A DNA stretch of 64,000 nucleotides from the human T2T-CHM13v2.0 reference genome, Homo sapiens, in NCBI RefSeq assembly GCF_009914755.1, contig NC_060945.1; one strand, given 5' to 3'. Below, piece after piece: positions 42,001-55,693 of this stretch. Every line of letters begins with the position of its first letter. Within the stretch, counting starts at the first letter, position 1. The notes below the pieces were generated by a model. The model saw nothing but the letters and a program-made list of their open reading frames with translations, ran no database searches and was not told where the DNA came from. The translations under genes and the position numbers were made by a program.

Positions 42001-45000
42001 CAATGTATCTCTGCACTGATCACCTAGGTCTTGTAGCTATTTTCTAGGATCTGCCTACAGGGTGCTTTGTGACGGGTCCCAGCAAGGATTACCCAGGTGA
42101 TGTACCTCTCATCAAGGCTCTGCCTACAGGCACATTGCGATATATCTCTGCACTGATCACTTAGGTCACGTAACTTTCGTCTAGGCTCTACCTACGATGG
42201 TATTGTGACATATCTCTGCACTAATCATCCAAGTGATGTAACACTTGTCTAGGATGTGCCTAAATTAACTTTTTGACATAACCCTGTACTGATCATCCAG
42301 GTGAAGGGGCTTTTGTCTAGGCTCTGCCTAAGGGGGCATTGTGACATATTTCTGCATTGATCACCCAGGTGGCGAACTCTTCTCTCGGATCTGCCTATGG
42401 GGGCATTGTGAGAAATCTCTGCACTGATCACCCAGGTGATGTAACTGTTGTGTAACCTCTGCCTACAGGGGAATTGTGAGAGATCTCCCCACTGATTACA
42501 CAAGTGATGTAACCATTGTCTAGGCTTTGCGTACAGGGGGCTTTGTGACATACCTTTGCACTGATCACCCAGGTGATGTAACACATCTAAGTTCGGCCTA
42601 AAGGAGCTTTGTGACACATCTCTGCACTAATCACTTAGGTGATGTAACACTTTTATAATCACTGCCTACAGGGAATTTTGACAAATCTCTGCACTGATCA
42701 CCTAGGTGATGTAACGCTTGTCTACCCTCTGTCCAACGGGGCATTGTGAAATATCTCAGGACTGAACACCCAGGTGATTCAACTCTTGACTAGGAACTGC
42801 CTACAGAGGTTATTGTGAAATATCTCTGCACTGATAAACTAGGTGGTGTAAACCTTGTCCAAGCTCTGCCCACAGGGGCGTTTCCACATATCCCTGAACT
42901 GATGACAAAGGTGATGTAACTCTTACCTAGGATTTGCCTACAGGGGCATTGGACATATATCTGCACTGATCACCCAGGTGATGCAACTCTTGCCTAGGCT
43001 TTGCCTACAGGGGACACTGTGACATATCTCTTCAATGATCACTCATGTGATGCATCTCTTGCCTAGGCTTTGCCAACAGGGGACATTGTGACATATCTCT
43101 GCACTGATCTCCCTGGTACTGTAACTTTAGTCTAGGCTCTGGCTACACGGCATTGTGACATATCACTGCACTGATCAACCAGGTGATATAACTCTTGTAT
43201 AGGCTCTGCCTAGAGGGGGCTTGTGACCTACCTCTGCACTGATCACCCAGGTGATATAACTCTTCTCTAGGATCTGCCTACAGGGTGCTTTGTGACATAT
43301 CCCTGCACTGATCACCCAGGTGACCTAACTCTGGTCTAAGCTCTGCCTAAAGGGGCATTGTGACAGATCTCTGCACTGATCACTCAGGTGATGTAACTAT
43401 TGTCTAGGCTCTGCTTAAAGGGACCTTGTCACATATCCCTGCACTGATCACCCAGGTGATGTAACTCTTGTCTAGGCTCTGCTTCCTGGGCATATTGTGA
43501 CATAGCTATGCACTGATCACCTTAGTGATGTAACACTTGTGTAGGCTCGGCCTACAGAGGAATCTTGACATATCTCTTCACTGTTAAACGAGGTGATTTA
43601 ACTCTTGTCTAGGCTGTGCCCACAGGGGGATTGAGACATATCTCTGCACTGATCCCGAGGTGATCCAACTCTTGCCTGGTCTCTGCCTACTGGGGACATT
43701 GTGACATATCTCTGCACTGATCTCCCAGGTGCTGTAAATTTTGTCTAGGCTCTGGCTACACGGCATTGTGACTTATCACTGCACTGATCACCCAGGCGAT
43801 ACAACTCTTGTCTAGGCTCTGCCTACAATGGTCTTGTGACATATCTCTGCACTGATCACCCAGGTGATATAACTCTTCTCTAGGATCTGACCACGGGGTG
43901 CTTTGTGACATATCCCTGCAATGATCACCCAGGTGATATACCACTTGCCAAGGCTCTGCTTACAGGGGCATTGCAATGTATCTCTGCACTGATCACCTAG
44001 ATCTTTTAGCTATTTTCTAGGATCTGCCTACAGGGTGCTTTGTGACGGGTCCCAGCAAGGATTACCCAGGTGATGTACCTCTCATCAAGGCTCTGCCTAC
44101 AGGCACATTGCGATATATCTCTGCACTGATCACCTAGGTCACGTAACTTTCGTCTAGGCTCTACCTATGATGGTATTGTGACATATCTCTGCACTAATCA
44201 TCCAAGTGATGTAACACTTGTCTAGGATGTGCCTAAATTAACTTTTTGACATAACCCTGTACTGATCATCCAGGTGATGGGGCTTTTGTCTAGGCTCTGC
44301 CTAAGGGGGCATTGTGACATATTTCTGCATTGATCACCCAGGTGGCGAACTCTTCTCTCGGATCTGCCTATGGGGGCATTGTGAGAAATCTCTGCACTGA
44401 TCACCCAGGTGATGTAACTGTTGTGTAACCTCTGCCTACAGGGGAATTGTGAGAGATCTCCCCACTGATTACCCAAGTGATGTAACCATTGTCTAGGCTT
44501 TGCGTACAGGGGGCTTTGTGACATACCTTTGCACTGACCAACCAGGTGATGTAACACATCTAATTTCGGCCTAAAGGAGCTTTGTGACACATCTCTGCAC
44601 TGATCACTTAGGTGATGTAACACTTTTATAATCACTGCCTACAGGGAATTTTGACAAATCTCTGCACTGATCACCTAGGTGATGTAACTCTTGTCTACCC
44701 TCTGTCCAACGGGGCATTGTGAAATATCTCAGGACTGAACACCCAGGTGATTCAACTCTTGACTAGGAACTGCCTACAGAGGTTATTGTGAAATATCTCT
44801 GCACTGATAAACTAGGTGGTGTAACCCTTGTCCAAGCTCTGCCTACAGGGGCGTTTCCACATATCCCTGAACTGATGACAAAGGTGATGTAACTCTTGCC
44901 TAGGCTTTGCCTACAGGGGCATTGGACATATATCTGCACTGATCACCCAGGTGATGCAACTCTTGCCTAGGCTTTGCCTACAGGGGACACTGTGACATAT

Positions 45001-45556
45001 CTCTTCAGTGATCACTCATGTGATGCATCTCTTGCCTAGGCTTTGCCAACAGGGGACATTGTGGCATATCTCTGCACTGATCTCCCTGGTACTGTAACTT
45101 TATTCTAGGCTCTGGCTACACGGCATTGTGACATATCACTGCACTGATCAACCAGGTGATATAACTCTTGTATAGGCTCTGCCTACAGGGGGCTTGTGAC
45201 CTACCTCTGCACTGATCACCCAGGTGATATAACTCTTCTCTAGGATCTGCCTACAGGGTGCTTTGTGACATATCCCTGCACTGATCACCCAGGTGACCTA
45301 ACTCTGGTCTAAGCTCTGCCTAAAGGGGCATTGTGACAGATCTCTGCACTGATCACTCAGGTGATGTAACTATTGTCTAGGCTCTGCTTAAAGGGGCCTT
45401 GTCACATATCCCTGCACTGATCACCCAGGTGATGTAACTCTTGTCTAGGCTCTGCTTCCAGGGCATATTGTGACATAACTATGCACTGATCACCTTAGTG
45501 ATTTAACACTTGTGTAGGCTCGGCCTACAGAGGAATCTTGACATATCTCTGCACTG

Positions 45557-48500
45557 TTAAACGAGGTGATTTAACTCTTGTCTAGGCTGTGCCCACAGGG
45601 GGATTGAGACATATCTCTGCACTGATCCCGAGGTGATCCAACTCTTGCCTGGTCTCTGCCTACTGGGGACATTGTGACATATCTCTGCACTGATCTCCCA
45701 GGTGCTGTAAATTTTGTCTAGGCTCTGGCTACACGGCATTGTGACATATCACTGCACTGATCACCCAGGCGATACAACTCTTGTCTAGGCTCTGCCTACA
45801 ATGGTCTTGTGACATATCTCTGCACTGATCACCCAGGTGATATAACTCTTCTCTAGGATCTGACCACGGGGTGCTTTGTGACATATCCCTGCAATGATCA
45901 CCCAGGTGATATACCACTTGCCAAGGCTCTGCTTACAGGGGCATTGCAATGTATCTCTGCACTGATCACCTAGGTCTTGTAGGTATTTTCTAGGATCTGC
46001 CTACAGGGTGCTTTGTGACGGGTCCCTGCAAGGATTACCCAGGTGATGTACCTCTCATCAATGCTCTGCCTACAGGCACATTGCGATATATCTCTGCACT
46101 GATCACCTAGGTCACGTAACTTTTGTCTAGGCTCTACCTACGATGGTATTGTGACATATCTCTGCACTAATCATCCAAGTGATGTAACACTTGTGTAGGA
46201 TGTGCCTAAATTAACTTTTTGACATAACCCAGTACTGATCATCCAGGTGATGGGGCTTTTGTCTAGGCTCTGCCTAAGGGGGCATTGTGACATATTTCTG
46301 CATTGATCACCCAGGTGGCGAACTCTTCTCTCGGATCTGCCTATGGGGGCATTGTGAGAAATCTCTGCACTGATCACCCAGGTGATGTAACTGTTGTGTA
46401 ACCTCTGCCTACAGGGGAATTGTGAGAGATCTACCCACTGATTACCCAAGTGATGTAACCATTGTCTAGGCTTTGCGTACAGGGGGCTTTGTGACATACC
46501 TTTGCACTGATCACCCAGGTGATGTAACACATCTAAGTTCGGCCTAAAGGAGCTTTGTGACACATCTCTGCACTGATCACTTAGGTGATGTAACACTTTT
46601 ATAATCACTGCCTACAGGGAATTTTGACAAATCTCTGCACTGATCACCTAGGTGATGTAACTCTTGTCTACCCTCTGTCCAACAGGGCATTGTGAAATAT
46701 CTCAGCACTGAACACCCAGGTGATTCAACTCTTGACTAGGAACTGCCTACAGAGGTTATTGTGAAATATCTCTGCACTGATAAACTAGGTGGTGTAACAC
46801 TTGTCCAAGCTCTGCCTACAGGGGCGTTTCCACATATCCCTGAACTGATGACAAAGGTGATGTAACTCTTGCCTAGGCTTTGCCTACAGGGACATTGGAC
46901 ATATATCTGCACTGATCACCCAGGTGATGCAACTCATGCCTAGGCTTTGCCTACAGGGGACACTGTGACATATCTCTTCAATGATCACTCATGTGATGCA
47001 TCTCTTGCCTAGGCTTTGCCAACAGGGGACATTGTGACATATCTCTGCACTGATCTCCCTGCACTGTAACTTTAGTCTAGGCTCTGGCTACACGGCATTG
47101 TGACATATCACTGCACTGATCACCCAGGTGATATAACTCTTCTCTAGGATCTTCCTACAGGGTGCTTTGTGACATATCCCTGCACTGATCACCCAGGTGA
47201 CCTAACTCTGGTCTAAGCTCTGCCTAAAGGGGCATTGTGACAGATCTCTGCACTGATCACTCAGGTGATGTAACTATTGTCTAGGCTCTGCTTAAAGGGG
47301 CCTTGTCACATATCCCTGCACTGATCACCCAGGTGATGTAACTCTTGTCTAGGCTCTGCTTCCAGGGCATATTGTGACATAACTATGCACTGATCACCTT
47401 AGTGATTTAACACTTGTGTAGGCTCGGCCTACAGAGGAATCTTGACATATCTCTGCACTGTTAAACGCGGTGATTTAACTCTTGTCTAGGCTGTGCCCAC
47501 ATGGGGATTGAGACATATCTCTGCACTGATCCCGAGGTGATCCAACTCTTGCCTGGTCTCTGCCTACTGGGGACATTGTGACATATCTCTGCACTGATCT
47601 CCCAGGTGCTGTAAATTTTGTCTAGGCTCTGGCTACACGGCATTGTGACATATCACTGCACTGATCACCCAGGCGATACAACTCTTGTCTAGGCTCTGCC
47701 TACAATGGTCTTGTGACATATCTCTGCACTGATCACCCAGGTGATATAACTCTTCTCTAGGATCTGACCACGGGGTGCTTTGTGACATATCCCTGCAATG
47801 ATCACCCAGGTGATATACCACTTGCCAAGGCTCTGCTTACAGGGGCATTGCAATGTATCTCTGCACTGATCACCTTGGTCTTGTAGGTATTTTCTAGGAT
47901 CTGCCTACAGGGTGCTTTGTGACGGGTCCCAGCAAGGATTACCCAGGTGATGTACCTCTCATCAGTGCTCTGCCTACAGGCACATTGCGATATATCTCTG
48001 CACTGATCACCTAGGTCACGTAACTTTTGTCTAGGCTCTACCTACGATGGTATTGTGACATATCTCTGCACTAATCATCCAAGTGATGTAACACTTGTCT
48101 AGGATGTGCCTAAATTAACTTTTTGACATAACCCAGTACTGATCATCCAGGTGATGGGGCTTTTGTCTAGGCTCTGCCTAAGGGGGCATTGTGACATATT
48201 TCTGCATTGATCACCCAGGTGGCGAACTCTTCTCTCGGATCTGCCTATGGGGGCATTGTGAGAAATCTCTGCACTGATCACCCAGGTGATGTAACTGTTG
48301 TGTAACCTCTGCCTACAGGGGAATTGTGAGAGATCTACCCACTGGTTACCCAAGTGATGTAACCATTGTCTAGGCTTTGCGTACAGGGGGCTTTGTGACA
48401 TACCTTTGCACTGATCACCCAGGTGATGTAACACATCTAAGTTCGGCCTAAAGGAGCTTTGTGACACATCTCTGCCCTGATCACTTAGGTGATGTAACAC

Positions 48501-49365
48501 TTTTATAATCACTGCCTACAGGGAATTTTGACAAATCTCTGCACTGATCACCTAGGTGATGTAACTCTTGTCTACCCTCTGTCCAACGGGGCATTATGAA
48601 ATATCTCAGCACAGAACACCCAGGTGATTCAACTCTTGACTAGGAACTGCCTACAGAGGTTATTGTGAAATATCTCTGCACTGATAAACTAGGTGGTGTA
48701 ACCCTTGTCCAAGCTCTGCCTACAGGGGCGTTTCCACATATCCCTGAACTGATGACAAAGGTGATGTAACTCTTGCCTAGGCTTTGCCTACAGGGACATT
48801 GGACATATATCTGCACTGATCACCCAGGTGATGCAACTCTTGCCTAGGCTTTGCCTACAGGGGACACTGTGACATATCTCTTCAATGATCACTCATGTGA
48901 TGCATCTCTTGCCTAGGCTTTGCCAACAGGGGACATTGTGACATATCTCTGCACTGATCTCCCTGGTACTGTAACTTTAGTCTAGGCTCTGGCTACACGG
49001 CATTGTGACATATCACTGCACTGATCACCCAGGTGATATAACTCTTCTATAGGATCTTCCTACAGGGTGCTTTGTGACATATCCCTGCACTGATCACCCA
49101 GGTGACCTAACTCTGGTCTAAGCTCTGCCTAAAGGGGCATTGTGACAGATCTCTGCACTGATCACTCAGGTGATGTAACTATTGTCTAGGCTCTGCTTAA
49201 AGGGGCCTTGTCACATATCCCTGCACTGATCACCCAGGTGATGTAACTCTTGTCTAGGCTCTGCTTCCAGGGCATATTGTGACATAACTATGCACTGATC
49301 ACCTTAGTGATTTAACACTTGTGTAGGCTTGGCCTACAGAGGAATCTTGACATATCTCTGCACTG
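45557..49365. repeat. Two adjacent 28-mer HOR variants U24 (1,904 bp) and U25 (1,905 bp) lacking the GTATAGG...GACCTACC monomer
   Basis: Junctions at ~47111-47122 and ~49016-49027. U24 has an extra 1-bp loss (TCCCTGCACTGTAAC, ~47056-47070). Confidence 0.93.
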
Positions 49366-52300
49366 TTAAACGAGGTGATTTAACTCTTGTCTAGGCTGTG
49401 CCCACAGGGGGATTGAGACATATCTCTGCACTGATCCCGAGGTGATCCAACTCTTGCCTGGTCTCTGCCTACTGGGGACATTGTGACATATCTCTGCACT
49501 GATCTCCCAGGTGCTGTAAATTTTGTCTAGGCTCTGGCTACACGGCATTGTGAATTATCACTGCACTGATCACCCAGGCGATACAACTCTTGTCTAGGCT
49601 CTGCCTACAATGGTCTTGTGACATATCTCTGCACTGATCACCCAGGTGATATAACTCTTCTCTAGGATCTGACCACGGGGTGCTTTGTGACATATCCCTG
49701 CAATAATCACCCAGGTGATATACCACTTGCCAAGGCTCTGCTTACAGGGGCATTGCAATGTATCTCTGCACTGATCACCTAGGTCTTGTAGCTATTTTCT
49801 AGGATCTGCCTACAGGGTGCTTTGTGACGGGTCCCAGCAAGGATTACCCAGGTGATGTACCTCTCATCAAGGCTCTGCCTACAGGCACATTGCGATATAT
49901 CTCTGCACTGATCACCTAGGTCACGTAACTTTTGTCTAGGCTCTACCTACGATGGTATTGTGACATATCTCTGCACTAATCATCCAAGTGATGTAACACT
50001 TGTCTAGGATGTGCCTGAATTAACTTTTTGACATAACCCTGTACTGATCATCCAGGTGATGGGGCTTTTGTCTAGGCTCTGCCTAAGGGGGCATTGTGAC
50101 ATATTTCTGCATTGATCACCCAGGTGGCGAACTCTTCTCTCGGATCTGCCTATGGGGGCATTGTGAGAAATCTCTGCACTGATCACCCAGGTGATGTAAC
50201 TGTTGTGTAACCTCTGCCTACAGGGGAATTGTGAGAGATCTCCCCACTGATTACCCAAGTGATGTAACCATTGTCTAGGCTTTGCGTACAGGGGGCTTTG
50301 TGACATACCTTTGCACTGATCAACCAGGTGATGTAATACATCTAAGTTCGGCCTAAAGGAGCTTTGTGACACATCTCTGCACTGATCACTTAGGTGATGT
50401 AACACTTTTACAATCACTGCCTACAGGGAATTTTGACAAATCTCTGCACTGATCACCTAGGTGATGTAACTCTTGTCTACCCTCTGTCCAACGGGGCATT
50501 GTGAAATATCTCAGGACTGAACACCCAGGTGATTCAACTCTTGACTAGGAACTGCCTACAGAGGTTATTGTGAAATATCTCTGCACTGATAAACTAGGTG
50601 GTGTAACCCTTGTCCAAGCTCTGCCTACAGGGGCGTTTCCACATATCCCTGAACTGATGACAAAGGTGATGTAACTCTTGCCTAGGCTTTGCCTACAGGG
50701 GCATTGGACATATATCTGCACTGATCACCCAGGTGATGCAACTCTTGCCTAGGCTTTGCCTGCAGGGGACACTGTGAAATATCTCTTCAATGATCACTCA
50801 TGTGATGCATCTCCTGCCTAGGCTTTGCCAACAGGGGACATTGTGACATATCTCTGCACTGATCTCCCTGGTACTGTAACTTTAGTCTAGGCTCTGGCTA
50901 CACGGCATTGTGACATATCACTGCACTGATCAACCAGGTGATATAACTCTTGTATAGGCTCTGCCTACAGGGGGCTTGTGACCTACCTCTGCACTGATCA
51001 CCCAGGTGATATAACTCTTCTCTAGGATCTGCCTACAGGGTGCTTTGTGACATATCCCTGCACTGATCACCCAGGTGACCTAACTCTGGTCTAAGCTCTG
51101 CCTAAAGGGGCATTGTGACAGATCTCTGCACTGATCACTCAGGTGATGTAACTATTGTCTAGGCTCTGCTTAAAGGGGCCTTGTCACATATCCCTGCACT
51201 GATCACCCAGGTGATGTAACTCTTGTCTAGGCTCTGCTTCCAGGGCATATTGTGACATAACTATGCACTGATCACCTTAGTGATTTAACACTTGTGTAGG
51301 CTCGGCCTACAGAGGAATCTTGACATATCTCTGCACTGTTAAACGAGGTGATTTAACTCTTGTCTAGGCTGTGCCCACAGGGGGATTCAGACATATCTCT
51401 GCACTGATCCCGAGGTGATCCAACTCTTGCCTGGTCTCTGCCTACTGGGGACATTGTGACATATCTCTGCACTGATCTCCCAGGTACTGTAAATTTTGTC
51501 AAGGCTCTGGCTACACGGCATTGTGACATATCACTGCACTGATCACCCAGGCGATACAACTCTTGTCTAGGCTCTGCCTACAATGGTCTTGTGACATATC
51601 TCTGCACTGATCACCCAGGTGATATAACTCTTCTCTAGGATCTGACCACGGGGTGCTTTGTGACATATCCCTGCAATGATCACCCAGGTGATATACCACT
51701 TGCCAAGGCTCTGCTTACAGGGGCATTGCAATGTATCTCTGCACTGATCACCTAGGTCTTGTAGGTATTTTCTAGGATCTGCCTACAGGGTGCTTTGTGA
51801 CGGGTCCCAGCAAGGATTACCCAGGTGATGTACCTCTCATCAATGCTCTGCCTACAGGCACATTGCGATATATCTCTGCACTGATCACCTAGGTCACGTA
51901 ACTTTTGTCTAGGCTCTACCTACGATGGTATTGTGACATATCTCTGCACTAATCATCCAAGTGATGTAACACTTGTCTAGGATGTGCCTAAATTAACTTT
52001 TTGACATAACCCAGTACTGATCATCCAGGTGATGGGGCTTTTGTCTAGGCTCTGCCTAAGGGGGCATTGTGACATATTTCTGCATTGATCACCCAGGTGG
52101 CGAACTCTTCTCTCGGATCTGCCTATGGGGGCATTGTGAGAAATCTGTGCACTGATCACCCAGGTGATGTAACTGTTGTGTAACCTCTGCCTACAGGGGA
52201 ATTGTGAGAGATCTCCCCACTGATTACCCAAGTGATGTAACCATTGTCTAGGCTTTGCGTACAGGGGGCTTTGTGACATACCTTTGCACTGACCAACCAG

Positions 52301-53311
52301 GTGATGTAACACATCTAAGTTCGGCCTAAAGGAGCTTTGTGACACATTTCTGCACTGATCACTTAGGTGATGTAACACTTTTATAATCACTGCCTACAGG
52401 GAATTTTGACAAATCTCTGCACTGATCACCTAGGTGATGTAACTCTTGTCTACCCTCTGTCCAACGGGGCATTGTGAAATATCTCAGGACTGAACACCCA
52501 GGTGATTCAACTCTTGAATAGGAACTGCCTACAGAGGTTATTGTGAAATATCTCTGCACTGATAAACTAGGTGGTGTAACCCTTGTCCAAGCTCTGCCTA
52601 CAGGGGCGTTTCCACATATCCCTGAACTGATGACAAATGTGATGTAACTCTTGCCTAGGCTTTGCCTACAGGGGCATTGGACATATATCTGCACTGATCA
52701 CCCAGGTGATGCAACTCTTGCCTAGGCTTTGCCTACAGGGGACACTGTGACATATCTCTTCAATGATCACTCATGTGATGCATCTCTTGCCTAGGCTTTG
52801 CCAACAGGGGACATTGGGACATATCTCTGCACTGATCTCCCTGGTACAGTAACTTTAGTCTAGGCTCTGGCTACACGGCATTGTGACATATCACTGCACT
52901 GATCAACCAGGTGATATAACTCTTGTATAGGCTCTGCCTACAGGGGGATTGTGACCTACCTCTGCACTGATCACCCAGGAGATATAACTCTCCTCTAGGA
53001 TCTGCCTACAGGGTGCTTTGGGACATATCCCTGCACTGATCACCCAGGTGACCTAACTCTGGTCTAAGCTCTGCCTAAAGGGGCATTGTGACAGATCTCT
53101 GCACTGATTAGTCAGGTGATGTAACTATTGTCTAGGCTCTGCTTAAAGGGGCCTTGTCACATATCCCTGCACTGATCACCCAGGTGATGTAACTCTTGTC
53201 TAGGCTCTGCTTCCAGGGCATATTGTGACATAACTATGCACTGATCACCTTAGTGATGTAACACTTGTGTAGGCTCGGCCTACAGAGGAATCTTGACATA
53301 TCTCTGCACTG

Positions 53312-55693
53312 TTAAACGAGGTGATTTAACTCTTGTCTAGGCTGTGCCCACAGGGGGATTGAGACATATCTCTGCAATGATCCCGAGGTGATCCAACTCT
53401 TGCCTGGTCTCTGCCTACTGGGGACATTGTGACATATCTCTGCACTGATCTCCCAGGTGCTGTAAATTTTGTCTAGGCTCTGGCTACACGGCATTGTGAC
53501 TTATCACTGCACTGATCACCCAGGCGATACAACTCTTGTCTAGGCTCTGCCTACAATGGTCTTGTGACATATCTCTGCACTGATCACCCAGGTGATATAA
53601 CTCTTCTCTGTGATCTGACCACGGGGTGCTTTGTGACATATCCCTGCAATGATCACCCAGGTGATATACCACTTGCCAAGGCTCTGCTTACAGGGGCATT
53701 GCAATGTATCTCTGCACTGATCACCTAGGTCTTGTAGCTATTTTCTAGGATCTGCCTACAGGGTGCTTTGTGACGGGTCCCAGCAAGGATTACCCAGGTG
53801 ATGTACCTCTCATCAATGCTCTGCCTACAGGCACATTGCGATATATCTCTGCACTGATCACCTAGGTCACGTAACTTTTGTCTAGGCTCTACCTACGATG
53901 GTATTGTGACATATCTCTGCACTAATCATCCAAGTGATGTAACACTTGTCTAGGATGTGCCTAAATTAACTTTTTGACATAACCCAGTACTGATCATCCA
54001 GGTGATGGGGCTTTTGTCTAGGCTCTGCCTAAGGGGGCATTGTGACATATTTCTGCATTGATCACCCAGGTGGCGAACACTTCTCTCGGATCTGCCTATG
54101 GGGGCATTGTGAGAAATCTCTGCACTGATCACCCAGGTGATGTAACTGTTGTGTAACCTCTGCCTACAGGGGAATTGTGAGAGATCTCCCCACTGATTAC
54201 CCAAGTGATGTAACCATTGTCTAGGCTTTGCGTACAGGGGGCTTTGTGACATACCTTTGCACTGATCAACCAGGTGATGTAACACATCTAAGTTCGGCCT
54301 AAAGGAGCTTTGTGACACATCTCTGCACTGATCACTTAGGTGATGTAACACTTTTATAATCACTGCCTACAGGGAATTTTGACAAATCTCTGCACTGATC
54401 ACCTAGGTGATGTAACTCTTGTCTACCCTCTGTCCAACGGGGCATTGTGAAATATCTCAGGACTGAACACCCAGGTGATTCAACTCTTGACTAGGAACTG
54501 CCTACAGAGGTTATTGTGAAATATCTCTGCACTGATAAACTAGGTGGTGTAACCCTTGTCCAAGCTCTGCCTACAGGGGCGTTTCCACATATCCCTGAAC
54601 TGATGACAAAGGTGATGTAACTCTTGCCTAGGCTTTGCCTACAGGGGCATTGGACATATATCTGCACTGATCACCCAGGTGATGCAACTCTTGCCTAGGC
54701 TTTGCCTACAGGGAACACTGTGACATATCTCTTCAATGATCACTCATGTGATGCATCTCTTGCCTAGGCTTTGCCAACAGGGGACATTGTGACATATCTC
54801 TGCACTGATCTCCCTGGTACTGTAACTTTAGTCTAGGCTCTGGCTACACGGCATTGTGACATATCACTGCACTGATCAACCAGGTGATATAACTCTTGTA
54901 TAGGCTCTGCCTACAGGGGGCTTGTGACCTACCTCTGCACTGATCACCCAGGTGATATAACTCTTCTCTAGGATCTGCCTACAGGGTGCTTTGTGACATA
55001 TCCCTGCACTGATCACCCAGGTGACCTAACTCTGGTCTAAGCTCTGCCTAAAGGGGCATTGTGACAGATCTCTGCACTGATCACTCAGGTGATGTAACTA
55101 TTGTCTAGGCTCTGCTTAAAGGGGCCTTGTCACATATCCCTGCACTGATCACCCAGGTGATGCAACTCTTGCCTAGGCTTTGCCTACAGGGGACATTGTG
55201 ACATATCTCTGCACTGATCTCCCAGGTGCTGTAACTTTAGTCTAGACTCTGGCTACACGGCATTGTGACATATCACTGCACTGATCAACCAGGTGATATA
55301 ACTCTTGTATAGGCTCTGCCTACAGGGGGCTTGTGACCTACCTCTGCACTGATCACCCAGGTGATATAACTCTTCTCTAGGATCTGCCTACAGGGTGCTT
55401 TGTGACATATCCCTGCACTGATCACCCAGGTGACCTAACTCTGGTCTAAGCTCTGCCTAAAGGGGCATTGTGACAGATCTCTGCACTGATCACTCAGGTG
55501 ATGTAAGTATTGTCTAGGCTCTGCTTAAAGGGGCCTTGTCACATATCCCTGCACTAATCACCCAGGTGATGTAACTCTTGTCTAGGCTGTGCTTCCAGGG
55601 CATATTGTGACATAACTATGCACTGATCATCTTAGTGATTTAACACTTGTGTAGGCTCAGCCTACAGAGGAATCTTGACATATCTCTGCACTG
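53312..55693. repeat. 35-mer HOR variant U28 (2,382 bp) with a 409-bp, 6-monomer internal repeat
   Basis: Anchor spacing is 2,382 = 1,973 + 409. The segment 55163-55571 repeats the monomer order of 54754-55162. Confidence 0.93.
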
